The position numbers were made by a program, and so were the translations under genes. The notes under the pieces were generated by a model, which saw only the letters and a program-made list of their open reading frames with translations, was not told the origin of the DNA and did no database searches. 64,000 nt of DNA from positions 3,371 to 67,370 of the forward strand of contig JBATES010000252.1 of NCBI GenBank assembly GCA_049664145.1. Direction: 5' to 3'. Origin of the DNA: Smithella sp. Its GTDB lineage: Bacteria > Desulfobacterota > Syntrophia > Syntrophales > Smithellaceae. Of this stretch, positions 1 through 8,787 are shown piece by piece (positions within the stretch are counted from its first letter, which is position 1; every line of letters starts with the position of its first letter).

Positions 1-182
1 TAGATAACGTTATAATAATAACACTATTGATTATTTTTTAAAGAGAAAAATATTCAAAAATCTTAAATTTGAAAATTATTTTAAAATACTTGACTTTCTG
101 CTCATTATGAGCAAAATAGCCTGCCTTAAAAGCAAGTAATATTTTTATTATAATTAATAACATATATTTTACAGGTGATATT

Positions 183-392
183 TTGAAGGGACACATTAAA
201 ATTAACAAAGAAATCTGCAAGGAATGCCTTCTTTGTATTCATTTTTGTCCCAAAGGTCACATTATGACGACGAGTGAATACAATTCTCTGAGTTACCATC
301 CCGTGGGCACTGATGAAACGAAAGAATGCAACGGTTGCGCTTTGTGCGCGACGATGTGCCCCGAGGTGGCTATCGAGGTTTACCGTGAATAA
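183..392 (+). CDS. 2x[4Fe-4S] ferredoxin-type delta subunit of a 2-oxoacid:ferredoxin oxidoreductase
   Basis: 69-aa ORF with two CxxCxxCxxxCP motifs (CKECLLCIHFCP, CNGCALCATMCP). TTG start lies a few nt after AGGTGA. First gene of a delta-alpha-beta-gamma block. Confidence 0.8.
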   Translation: MKGHIKINKEICKECLLCIHFCPKGHIMTTSEYNSLSYHPVGTDETKECNGCALCATMCPEVAIEVYRE

Positions 393-399
393 AGTATTG

Positions 400-1443
400 A
401 TGGCGGGAAATCATATTATTGGTGAAGCGGCCATTCGTGCCGGATGTCGTTTTTACGCCGGTTACCCGATTACCCCGCAAAATGAAATTACCGAATACAT
501 GGCCGAGCACGTGCGCAATGCGGAAGGCGGAGTTTTTATCCAATCCGAAAGTGAAGTCGCGGCAATCAATATGATTGCCGGTGCCAGCGCAGCGGGCCTG
601 CGGGTCCTGACCTCATCATCCAGTCCGGGAATTTCCCTGAAGCAAGAAGGCATTTCATCCATGGCGGCCTGTGAACTACCCGGTGTTATCGTCAACATCA
701 TGCGCGGCGGCCCCGGTCTTGGCAATATCAGACCTGCGCAGGGAGATTATTTTCAGGCAACAAAAGGCGGCGGTCATGGCGATTATCGAACGATCGTTTT
801 AGCTCCCGGAAGCTGTCAGGAACTTGCGGATCTGACCATGGAGGGTTTTGATCTTTCCGACAAATATCGCAATCCGGTGATGATTCTTGCCGACGGCATG
901 ATGGGACAGATGATGGAGCCTGTTATATTCAAGAAGCCCAAGCCGCGTGTGTATAGCGAAAAATTCATGCTGCGCGGTGCCGGCACAGGCAAAAGCAAAT
1001 TCATTCACGGTTTGATTCTGGATCCGATTGACATGGAAGAACACAACTGGAAGCTGGCACGCAAATATGAAGTCATCTTCAAAAAAGAACCTCTTTATGA
1101 AGAGCATCGGATAGAAGACGCGCAACTTGTTATTGTCGCCTATGGGACGGCTGCCCGGATAGCAAAAGGAGCCATTAAACGATTACGCGGTCAGGGCATG
1201 AACGTGGGACTCTTTCGTCCCATAACATTATGGCCCTTTCCGGAATTGCAGCTCAGAAGTTTATCATCCAGAATAAAGAAGTACATTGTTTTTGAAATGA
1301 GTACGGGACAGATGCTGGAAGATGTCCGGTTATCCCTGCAGGGTTACGCTGATATTGAATTTCATGGACGTCCGGGAGGAGCAGTTCCCACGCCTGCGGA
1401 ACTGGCCAATGTTATCGCCAGGTACTACAATGAAAATGATTAG
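400..1443 (+). CDS. 2-oxoacid:ferredoxin oxidoreductase alpha subunit (KorA/VorA/PorA family; substrate not determinable)
   Basis: The track ORF starts at 313 but overlaps the ferredoxin gene. ATG at 400 gives MAGNHIIGEAAIRAGCRFYAGYPITPQNEI, a typical alpha-subunit N-terminus. Confidence 0.85.
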   Translation: MAGNHIIGEAAIRAGCRFYAGYPITPQNEITEYMAEHVRNAEGGVFIQSESEVAAINMIAGASAAGLRVLTSSSSPGISLKQEGISSMAACELPGVIVNIMRGGPGLGNIRPAQGDYFQATKGGGHGDYRTIVLAPGSCQELADLTMEGFDLSDKYRNPVMILADGMMGQMMEPVIFKKPKPRVYSEKFMLRGAGTGKSKFIHGLILDPIDMEEHNWKLARKYEVIFKKEPLYEEHRIEDAQLVIVAYGTAARIAKGAIKRLRGQGMNVGLFRPITLWPFPELQLRSLSSRIKKYIVFEMSTGQMLEDVRLSLQGYADIEFHGRPGGAVPTPAELANVIARYYNEND

Positions 1444-1466
1444 GTATTCAAAAAAGGTTTTTTGAT

Positions 1467-2240
1467 ATGTCAAAAACTGTTTTTAAACGCCCGAAAAGCT
1501 TAAAAGAAAATATTTTCCATTACTGCCCCGGCTGCGGACACAGTATCGCACATAGAATCATTGCCGAGGTCATTGATGAACTGGATATCAGAGGCGTCAC
1601 CATCGGCGTTCCGCCGGCCGGTTGCGCTGTGCTCGCGTACAATTATTTTGACGTTGATATGATTGAAGCCCCGCATGGACGCGGTCCGGCGATGGCCTCA
1701 GCCATTAAACGTTCTCTGCCCGACAGGATTGTTTTTTCCTATCAGGGAGATGGTGATCTGGCCGCCATAGGCATTGCGGAAAGTTTCCACGCCGCCAACC
1801 GTGGTGAAAATATCACCATCATATTTATTAATAACGCCGTTTACGGCATGACCGGCGGACAGATGGCTCCGACAACCATGCTCAATCAGAAAACAACAAC
1901 CTCCCCTTTGGGGAGAAATAGCACCCTAGATGGTTACCCTGTCAAGGTCAGCGAAATCTTCTCGCAGTTAAAAGGCGTAACGTATCTGGAACGATGCATG
2001 GTGAATTCGCCTGTCAACGTTAACAAAACTAAAAAGGCCATCAAAAAAGCCTTTCAATGCCAGGTTGACGGCTTGGGATTTTCTCTGGTTGAAATTCTCT
2101 CACCGTGCCCGACAAACTGGAAAATGAATTCCGTCAATTCCTGCAAATGGATTGATGAGGTCATGAGCAAGGAATTTCCTCCCGGTGTTTTTAAGGATAA
2201 TATTGCCGAAGCAAAGAAAACGGCGGAGTCAGCACAATGA
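1467..2240 (+). CDS. 2-oxoacid:ferredoxin oxidoreductase beta subunit (TPP-binding)
   Basis: YCPGCGH near the N-terminus and a GDGD TPP-binding motif (SYQGDGDLAAIG). Adjacent to the alpha subunit. Confidence 0.85.
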   Translation: MSKTVFKRPKSLKENIFHYCPGCGHSIAHRIIAEVIDELDIRGVTIGVPPAGCAVLAYNYFDVDMIEAPHGRGPAMASAIKRSLPDRIVFSYQGDGDLAAIGIAESFHAANRGENITIIFINNAVYGMTGGQMAPTTMLNQKTTTSPLGRNSTLDGYPVKVSEIFSQLKGVTYLERCMVNSPVNVNKTKKAIKKAFQCQVDGLGFSLVEILSPCPTNWKMNSVNSCKWIDEVMSKEFPPGVFKDNIAEAKKTAESAQ

Positions 2241-2779
2241 TGGTTAAAACAATATTTTCCGGATTTGGCGGTCAGGGTGTTTTAATGATGGGAGTCAGCT
2301 TTGCCCACAGCGGTATGAGCAAAGGTTATCAAGTGACTTACCTTCCCGCCTATGGTGCGGAAATGCGTGGGGGGACAGCCAATTGCACCGTGGCGATAGC
2401 GGATGAAGAAGTTGCTTCGCCGGTGGCTTCGGAACCGAATTATCTGGTTGTGATGAACTCTCCTTCCCTCTTCACTTTTCAGAATAAAGTGACCATCGGA
2501 GGAACCATATTAATAAACTCTTCCATCATCAAAGATGACCCGCACCGTCATGATGTGAAGGTTTTTCGCATTCCCTGTGCCGATATAGCTCAGGAACTCG
2601 GAAATATCAGGGTTTCCAATACCATCATGATGGGCGCTTTCATAAAAATATTGGGCCTTATCTCTCCTGATATTTATTTAAAAAGCCTGGAAACAATCAT
2701 GGGCAGCAAAAAGAAGTCTCTGGCTGAACTCAACAGAAACGCCTTTAAGGCCGGATACGATTTCGTGAAGAATACCTGA
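2237..2779 (+). CDS. 2-oxoacid:ferredoxin oxidoreductase gamma subunit
   Basis: ATGA start/stop overlap with the beta gene. N-terminus FSGFGGQGVLMMG is typical of gamma subunits. Confidence 0.85.
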   Translation: MMVKTIFSGFGGQGVLMMGVSFAHSGMSKGYQVTYLPAYGAEMRGGTANCTVAIADEEVASPVASEPNYLVVMNSPSLFTFQNKVTIGGTILINSSIIKDDPHRHDVKVFRIPCADIAQELGNIRVSNTIMMGAFIKILGLISPDIYLKSLETIMGSKKKSLAELNRNAFKAGYDFVKNT

Positions 2780-2789
2780 GGATACTCTA

Positions 2790-3221
2790 ATGTCTGTCAA
2801 ACAAATTTCTGTTATATTAAACAATGTGCCCGGTTCTTTTGCCGCGTTAACACATATTCTTGATCTTGAAGATATCAGCACCAAAGCTGTCTGTGCCGCC
2901 AGTATTGCCGATGACAGCAAAGTTCGCCTGGTGGTAAATGATCCCGACCGCGCCGCCGCCGTTCTGGAAAGCTATAAATTAAACTTTGAAGTTACACCGG
3001 TTTTGGCCGCCGAAGTTCCTCTGCACGCGGGCGGCATGAACGCCATCTTGAAACCTCTGGCCAAAGCGGAAATCAATATTCACTATCTCTACACAACGAT
3101 TAATCGGATCGGCAAGGAAACCATCGTCATTCTGGGGGTTGATAAACTGGATGCAGCCCGAGAACTTCTTCTGGAACACTGGATTCACCTGATTGATGAT
3201 GAAATTTATTCCATCCCTTAA
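2790..3221 (+). CDS. ACT domain-containing (small-molecule binding) protein
   Basis: 143 aa with two ACT-like beta-alpha-beta-beta-alpha-beta segments (ISVILNNVPGSFAALTHIL..., AEVPLHAGGMNAILKPLAKAEINI...). GAGGA RBS upstream. Confidence 0.65.
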   Translation: MSVKQISVILNNVPGSFAALTHILDLEDISTKAVCAASIADDSKVRLVVNDPDRAAAVLESYKLNFEVTPVLAAEVPLHAGGMNAILKPLAKAEINIHYLYTTINRIGKETIVILGVDKLDAARELLLEHWIHLIDDEIYSIP

Positions 3222-3239
3222 ATACATTCAATCATAATC

Positions 3240-3647
3240 ATGTCTGTTTCTTTGGATAAAGAAAAAGCGCTTTCCGAAAGAATGAAAAATCTCGGTCTGC
3301 TTGAAACAGATTTTGAGGAATCTTTTGTTCGTTCCTCCGGCCCCGGAGGACAGAAAGTCAATAAAAGTTCATCCTGTGTTTTTCTGGTGCATCTTCCCAC
3401 CGGTCTTTCTGTAAAATGTCAAAGAGAACGTTTACAATCTTTGAATCGTTTCCTGGCCAGAAGATTGTTGCTGGATAAAATCGAGAGAATGCAGAAAGGT
3501 TTTATTGCCGAAGAAAAAGAAAAACTCGAAAAAATCCGTCGACAAAAGAGAAAACGCAGCAAAAGAACCAAAGAAAAAATGTTGAAAGCAAAACATCAGC
3601 AATCGGAAAAAAAGATTTTACGTGGTAAGGTTGTTAGCGAGGATTAA
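3240..3647 (+). CDS. RF-1 domain / ArfB-like GGQ peptidyl-tRNA hydrolase family protein
   Basis: GGQ motif in SSGPGGQKVNKSSS, plus a Lys/Arg-rich C-terminal tail like ArfB (YaeJ)-type ribosome rescue factors. Confidence 0.7.
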   Translation: MSVSLDKEKALSERMKNLGLLETDFEESFVRSSGPGGQKVNKSSSCVFLVHLPTGLSVKCQRERLQSLNRFLARRLLLDKIERMQKGFIAEEKEKLEKIRRQKRKRSKRTKEKMLKAKHQQSEKKILRGKVVSED

Positions 3648-3649
3648 AA

Positions 3650-3690
3650 CAAAAAAAGGGAGAGAAAGTCGATGTACGCTCCCCCTCCCT
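3650..3690 (-). terminator. Probable intrinsic terminator of atpE
   Basis: On the minus strand, AGGGAG ... CTCCCT pairing is followed by a run of about 8 T. The loop is large, so confidence is moderate. Confidence 0.5.
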
Positions 3691-3710
3691 AATAATAGCC
3701 ATAAATTATT

Positions 3711-4088
3711 TTATCCGAGGTACTTCAAAAGCGGATTGGCATAAAGCAGAATCAATGCGATAACCAGTGCGTAAATAGCAAGAGATTCGATCATAGCCAG
3801 ACCAACCATCATAGTTAAAAGAATTTTGCCCTGAGCTTCAGGATTTCTGCCAACAGCATTTGTGGCTCCATTTAAACCGGCACCCATACCATTACCTGTT
3901 CCGATGGTACCGAAAGCAATCGCCAGACCTGCTGCTATCAAAGAGCAACTAATAATAATAGCCTTTGTGTAATCAACCGTTCCAGTTGGCGCTGCAGCCG
4001 CAGCCGCTTCCTGAGCAGCAAAAACAAAAGGTGAGCTAACCAATACCATAACCATCGACAGCAGAACATTCGTTAAACTTTTTTTCAT
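3711..4088 (-). CDS. atpE: F0F1 ATP synthase subunit c with N-terminal signal-peptide-like extension
   Basis: Gly-rich helix 1 (GTIGTGNGMGAG), an RNPEA loop, a helix-2 carboxylate (MIESLAIYALVIALILLYANP), and an AAAAGGAG RBS. At 125 aa it is about 40 aa longer than usual. Confidence 0.9.
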   Translation of the reverse strand: MKKSLTNVLLSMVMVLVSSPFVFAAQEAAAAAAPTGTVDYTKAIIISCSLIAAGLAIAFGTIGTGNGMGAGLNGATNAVGRNPEAQGKILLTMMVGLAMIESLAIYALVIALILLYANPLLKYLG

Positions 4089-4177
4089 TTATCATTCTCC
4101 TTTTTAATTTTTGGTACAGTTGTCGAAAATCCCGAATTTTTACACCTCCTTTCTTTTAATTTGACACTAAGTGATTT

Positions 4178-4197
4178 TTGACTAACAGTCTTTTAAC
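4178..4197. repeat. Copy A of a conserved motif TTGACTAACAGTCTT(T)TAACG (partner at 8103)
   Basis: 14/15 identity with 8103-8117 (TTGACTTACAGTCTT), with related flanks (ATTTT upstream, TTAAYG..AGG downstream). Contains the GACT-N3-AGTC dyad. Confidence 0.45.
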
Positions 4198-4277
4198 GAG
4201 GCAAAAAGAAATTGTCAAGATAAATTTTATTGACAGTTCACTTGATTTTTTATGTTTATGCGCTATACAGACACTGC

Positions 4278-4748
4278 ATGGAAGTTTTGACATCAAAACA
4301 AAAAAAGGTTGCCCGTCTTATCCAAAAGGATATTGCCGTACAGAAATTCCCTTTCAAAAAAATCGGCGAACTCTGTTCCCTGACTGAAGAAGAAGTTCTG
4401 AACATAACGAAAGAGTTTCGGGATAAAGGTTATATCAGAAAATTCGGCGCCATCCTCAGACATCAAAAAGCGGGATACAAAGACAATGCGTTGGTCGTGT
4501 GGTCGGTACCTGACCAACAAACAGAACAGATGGGAAATATCTTTGCTTCCCTGTCGTTCGTTTCTCACTGTTATCAGAGAGAACCTGCCTTTATGGGCAG
4601 ATATAATATTTTCACGATGATCCATTCCGATGGTCGCAGCATTTCTTCATTGATTAAAGAGATGGTGGCCGGCACCGGACTCAAGGATTACCTGATATTG
4701 AAGAGCGTCAAAGAATATAAAAAAACATCTCCGGAGTATTTTCGATGA
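4278..4748 (+). CDS. Siroheme decarboxylase subunit (AhbA/AhbB; NirD/H/L/G-like Lrp/AsnC family)
   Basis: MEVLTSKQKKVARLIQKDI...KFGAILRHQKAGYKDNALVVWSV...SHCYQR matches the alternative heme-pathway decarboxylase family. Start moved to ATG 4278. ATGA overlap with hemL. Confidence 0.7.
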   Translation: MEVLTSKQKKVARLIQKDIAVQKFPFKKIGELCSLTEEEVLNITKEFRDKGYIRKFGAILRHQKAGYKDNALVVWSVPDQQTEQMGNIFASLSFVSHCYQREPAFMGRYNIFTMIHSDGRSISSLIKEMVAGTGLKDYLILKSVKEYKKTSPEYFR

Positions 4749-6028
4749 ATCAAAAGAGGACGGATTTTTTTTCAAAAGCCGGCAAGGTCATTTCCGGTGG
4801 TGTCAATTCTCCCGTGCGCGCCTGGAAGTCTGTGGGAGGCCATCCTGTTTTTGTCAGCAAGGCCAAGGGAAGTAAAATTTACGATGTGCACGGCAAGGAA
4901 TATATTGATTACGTTCTTTCCTGGGGGCCGATGATTCTGGGACATGCCCCCGCTGAAGTCATCGCCGCCATTTGCAACAGAGCAAAACAAGGAACCAGTT
5001 TCGGTGCTCCGACGGAACTCGAAACGCAAATGGCAAACTTAATCTCCACGGCCATTCCCTCGATAGAGCGGATCAGGATGACATCCTCCGGTACGGAAGC
5101 AACCATGACGGCTATCCGTCTCGCGCGAGGTTTTACCGGACGCAAACTCATTGCCAAGTTTGACGGCTGTTACCATGGACACAGCGATTCACTGCTAACG
5201 AAGGCCGGCTCCGGTCTGGCTACATTGGGCATTCCGGATTCACCGGGAGTTCCGGAAGAATTGGCCCGATTGACATTAAATTTACCTTACAACGATATTG
5301 AAACTCTGGAAAAAACATTCAATCAATACGGCTCGCAACTGGCCGCGATTATTATTGAACCCGTTGCCGGGAATATGGGCGTTGTTCTACCGCAAAAAGG
5401 ATTTTTGAAAAAACTCAGAACCCTGACCCAAAAATACGGTATCGTTTTGATTTTTGATGAAGTGATCACCGGATTTCGTTTTACGTTCGGCGGCTATCAG
5501 AATCTCATTGGCATTAAACCGGATTTGACCTGTCTGGGTAAGATCATCGGCGGCGGTCTGCCCGTGGGCGCGGTCGGCGGTAAGAAAGAAATCATGGAAA
5601 AACTTGCTCCGGCAGGCAATGTTTATCAGGCGGGAACGCTTTCCGGTAATCCTCTGGCGATGAGCGCGGGCATAGCCACGCTGCAAATCCTTAAACAAAA
5701 AAAATCTCTTTTCCACGCTCTGGATGCCAAAACAATGCAATTATGTCATGATATGGAAAATCTTTTTATGAAGAAAGGTTTGCCTGTCTGCATCAATCGC
5801 TTTCATTCCATGTTTACCGTCTTTTTTCAGGAAGGCCCTGTGTATGATTATGAAACCGCTAAAAAATCAGATACAAAAATCTTTGCCCGTTATTTCCACG
5901 GCATGCTGAAAAACGGCGTATGGATGGCGCCGTCACAGTTCGAGGCGGCGTTTTTATCCTTTGCGCACACGGATAAAGATATTCACAAAACAATGGAAGC
6001 GTGTTCCAGAACATTAAGAAATCTGTGA
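4745..6028 (+). CDS. hemL: Glutamate-1-semialdehyde 2,1-aminomutase
   Basis: GGVNSPVRAW motif, class-III aminotransferase fold, 427 aa. Confidence 0.95.
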   Translation: MNQKRTDFFSKAGKVISGGVNSPVRAWKSVGGHPVFVSKAKGSKIYDVHGKEYIDYVLSWGPMILGHAPAEVIAAICNRAKQGTSFGAPTELETQMANLISTAIPSIERIRMTSSGTEATMTAIRLARGFTGRKLIAKFDGCYHGHSDSLLTKAGSGLATLGIPDSPGVPEELARLTLNLPYNDIETLEKTFNQYGSQLAAIIIEPVAGNMGVVLPQKGFLKKLRTLTQKYGIVLIFDEVITGFRFTFGGYQNLIGIKPDLTCLGKIIGGGLPVGAVGGKKEIMEKLAPAGNVYQAGTLSGNPLAMSAGIATLQILKQKKSLFHALDAKTMQLCHDMENLFMKKGLPVCINRFHSMFTVFFQEGPVYDYETAKKSDTKIFARYFHGMLKNGVWMAPSQFEAAFLSFAHTDKDIHKTMEACSRTLRNL

Positions 6029-6097
6029 GTGTTTCATTGACAAGCATCATTCAATCCGGTATGAAATCACGACTGATTAAATGCTAACGGAGATAAT

Positions 6098-7120
6098 ATG
6101 AAAAAAGCTTTTCTCACCGGTATTACCGGACAGGACGGTTCGTATTTAGCGGAACTATTGTTAAACAAAGGCTACGAAGTTCACGGACTGATTCGCCGTT
6201 CCAGTTCCTTTAACACCGAACGGATTGATCATCTTTACCATGATTTCCATGACCCCGACGCAAGATTATTTCTTCATTACGGAGATTTAAGCGTTTCCGC
6301 GCAACTGATGGACCTGCTGCATTCCATCAAACCGGATGAAATATATAACCTAGGGGCTCAGAGTCACGTGCGTGTCAGCTTTGATATGCCGGAATACACC
6401 GGTGACGTAACCGCACTGGGCACGCTGAGAATTTTAGAAGCCATTCGTAATACGGGCATCAAGACAAAATTTTACCAGGCCTCCTCCAGTGAAATGTTCG
6501 GTTCCGCACCGCCCCCGCAAGATGAAAATACGGTTTTTCAGCCCCGCAGCCCTTATGCCGCCGCGAAAGTTTACTCTTATTACATTTGTCAGAATTACCG
6601 TGATGCGTACGGAATTTTTTCAACGAACGGTATTCTCTTTAATCATGAATCTCCGCGCCGTGGGGAAACATTTGTCACCAGAAAAATCACCCGCGCAGCC
6701 ACGCAAATCAAGCTGGGTTTGAAGGATAAATTATTTTTGGGAAATCTTGAAGCCAAAAGAGACTGGGGTTTTGCCGGTGATTATGTGGTGGCCATGTGGC
6801 TGATGCTGCAACAGGAAAAACCCGACGATTTTGTGATCGCGACCGGCGAAACCCACTCCGTAAGAGAATTCGCGGAAACGGTCTTCAAGAAACTTGATCT
6901 GGATTATAAGAAATACGTGGAAATAGACAAAAGATATTTTCGTCCTACCGAAGTGGACGCGCTTTTGGGCGACGCGACAAAAGCAAGAAAGCTGCTCGGC
7001 TGGCAGCCCAAAGTTTCTTTTGAAAAGCTGATCGATATGATGATTGATGCGGATATGGAACTGGCTCAAAAAGAAAAAACGCTTCTTGATGCCGGATTCA
7101 CATCCAACAACAAAAAATAA
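6098..7120 (+). CDS. gmd: GDP-mannose 4,6-dehydratase
   Basis: [17 protein letters not shown] Rossmann motif, [19 protein letters not shown]. Confidence 0.95.
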   Translation: MKKAFLTGITGQDGSYLAELLLNKGYEVHGLIRRSSSFNTERIDHLYHDFHDPDARLFLHYGDLSVSAQLMDLLHSIKPDEIYNLGAQSHVRVSFDMPEYTGDVTALGTLRILEAIRNTGIKTKFYQASSSEMFGSAPPPQDENTVFQPRSPYAAAKVYSYYICQNYRDAYGIFSTNGILFNHESPRRGETFVTRKITRAATQIKLGLKDKLFLGNLEAKRDWGFAGDYVVAMWLMLQQEKPDDFVIATGETHSVREFAETVFKKLDLDYKKYVEIDKRYFRPTEVDALLGDATKARKLLGWQPKVSFEKLIDMMIDADMELAQKEKTLLDAGFTSNNKK

Positions 7121-7139
7121 ATAATTTAAGGATGCTTCC

Positions 7140-8084
7140 GTGCTGTCTGAAAAACGAATCACGGTTACCGGCGGCAAAGGATTTCTCGGCCGTCACCTTT
7201 TGAAAAAGTTCGAATCTGCCGGTTGCCACAACATCAAGATCGCCGATCTTCCCGAATACAATTTAACGGACATGAATGACATCCGGAGAATGTACGAAGA
7301 AACAAAACCGGAGATTGTCATCCACCTGGCGGCCAAGGTCGGCGGCATCGGTTTTAATCAGGACAAACCGGCTGAACTTTTTTACGACAATTTAATCATG
7401 GGGTCGCAACTGCTTCATGAAGGATATCTGAAAAAGATTGAAAAATTTGTCGCTTTGGGAACGGTTTGCGCTTATCCCAAGTTTACAGAGGTACCCTTTA
7501 GAGAAGAAGATATCTGGAATGGATATCCCGAAGAAACCAATGCGCCATATGGACTGGCCAAAAAAATGATGCTGGTCCAATCACAGGCGTATCGACAACA
7601 GTATGATTTTAATTCCATTTTTTTACTTCCGGTAAATTTATACGGTCCCGGTGATAATTTTGATCCGGTATCTTCTCATGTCATTCCAGCCTTAATCAAG
7701 AAATGTTTTGACGCAATTGATAATCATTCCGAAATGTTGGACGTATGGGGCACCGGTTTGGCGACCAGAGAATTTTTTTATGTGGAAGATGCCGCAGAAG
7801 CCATTTATCTGGCCACTTTATCGTACAATAAAAGTGAGCCGGTAAACCTTGGCGCCGGTTCGGAAATATCCATTAAAGAGCTTGTCGTGATGATCGCTGA
7901 TCTGTCCGGTTTTTCAGGAGAGGTTGTCTGGGATAAATCCAAACCTGACGGACAGCTCAAACGTATGCTCGATACGTCTAAAGCATTGAAAGAATTTGGA
8001 TTTAAAGCTAAAACGGATATTCAAGCCGGACTAAAGAAAACCATTGAATGGTACAGGAACAATCGTCATTTACTGAAAAAATGA
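7140..8084 (+). CDS. fcl: GDP-L-fucose synthase (GDP-4-keto-6-deoxymannose epimerase/reductase)
   Basis: GTG start after [21 protein letters not shown] and NLYGPGDNF motifs. Directly follows gmd. Confidence 0.9.
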   Translation: MLSEKRITVTGGKGFLGRHLLKKFESAGCHNIKIADLPEYNLTDMNDIRRMYEETKPEIVIHLAAKVGGIGFNQDKPAELFYDNLIMGSQLLHEGYLKKIEKFVALGTVCAYPKFTEVPFREEDIWNGYPEETNAPYGLAKKMMLVQSQAYRQQYDFNSIFLLPVNLYGPGDNFDPVSSHVIPALIKKCFDAIDNHSEMLDVWGTGLATREFFYVEDAAEAIYLATLSYNKSEPVNLGAGSEISIKELVVMIADLSGFSGEVVWDKSKPDGQLKRMLDTSKALKEFGFKAKTDIQAGLKKTIEWYRNNRHLLKK

Positions 8085-8102
8085 ACGTCGGTCACATTTT
8101 TA

Positions 8103-8123
8103 TTGACTTACAGTCTTATTAAT
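8103..8123. repeat. Copy B of the conserved motif TTGACTTACAGTCTTATTAATG (partner at 4178)
   Basis: See 4178-4197. Lies 18 nt after the fcl stop and about 20 nt before the AAGGAG-GTG start of atpZ. Confidence 0.45.
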
Positions 8124-8141
8124 GCTAAGGAGCATCCGGCT

Positions 8142-8426
8142 GTGGATAATGAAACCCGAAAGTATGCAATGCAAATGGCTTTCGCCAGTACCTTGGGCAT
8201 TGCGATGGTTATCGGGATTATAGGTTGCCTTTTGATCGGAGTTTATCTAGATAAAAAATTTGACTCCGGTAATGTTTTTAAAGTTATTTTTTTATTGATA
8301 GGTATCTCGGCCGGATTTCGAAACATTTATGTATTGATTAAAAAAAATTTTAATGATGAAGAGCAAATAATAAAGAGTTTAAAAAGTGAACCTCATCGTC
8401 AAAGACCCGCTACAAAGAAAAATTGA
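8142..8426 (+). CDS. AtpZ/ATPase_gene1-type small membrane protein preceding atpI
   Basis: Two-TM protein (GIAMVIGIIGCLLIGVYLD..., VIFLLIGISAGFRNIY). GTG at 8142 lies 9 nt after AAGGAG. The track TTG start at 8103 falls inside the repeat motif. Confidence 0.6.
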   Translation: MDNETRKYAMQMAFASTLGIAMVIGIIGCLLIGVYLDKKFDSGNVFKVIFLLIGISAGFRNIYVLIKKNFNDEEQIIKSLKSEPHRQRPATKKN

Positions 8427-8781
8427 ATTGTCCAACTGGATTATTCTTGCTGTTATCTTGATTCCTTCATTAATTTTTGCTCCTGTAAAATTCTCTTTAG
8501 GGATTCTTCTGGGTGGTTTTATCTCTATTCTTAATTTTTACTGGATGGAAAAAGGACTACACGGCCTTTTTAATAAAACAGGGGGCAATGTCAAAGGCCC
8601 TGCTCTAGTCAAATATTATATAAGATTAGCCATTACGGCTGTCGTTCTTTATTTTCTTATCGCTTACAAGACTGTTGATGTTATTGGATTACTCATCGGA
8701 CTTTCCGTTGTTGTAATAAATATGGTCGTCACATTGATTTTTTCTTTAACAAAAAAAAACTTAATTAAGGAGGTTATTTAG
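8386..8781 (+). CDS. atpI: ATP synthase protein I (AtpI-like membrane protein)
   Basis: Four predicted TM helices, located between atpZ-like and atpB. Start is uncertain (GTG 8386 overlapping atpZ, or TTG 8428). Confidence 0.6.
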   Translation: MNLIVKDPLQRKIELSNWIILAVILIPSLIFAPVKFSLGILLGGFISILNFYWMEKGLHGLFNKTGGNVKGPALVKYYIRLAITAVVLYFLIAYKTVDVIGLLIGLSVVVINMVVTLIFSLTKKNLIKEVI

Positions 8782-8787
8782 ACACAA

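Noticed and set aside
313-399. N-terminal extension of the oxidoreductase alpha subunit ORF
   Set aside because: It overlaps the ferredoxin-subunit gene in another frame. The conserved alpha-subunit N-terminus begins at ATG 400.
3711-4088. Calling the c subunit Na+-specific
   Set aside because: The Glu-Ser...Tyr part of the Na+ signature is present. By my hand alignment, however, the helix-1 Gln is Met and the Thr after Ser is Leu. Ion specificity therefore cannot be asserted.
4178-4387. 69-aa ORF starting at TTG 4178, and the 8103-8141 N-terminal extension of the atpZ-like ORF (both begin MT[N/Y]SL)
   Set aside because: The similar N-termini arise because both TTG codons lie inside the conserved TTGACTNACAGTCTT DNA motif. 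The 4178 ORF overlaps the ahb gene out of frame, and a better RBS-GTG start exists at 8142.
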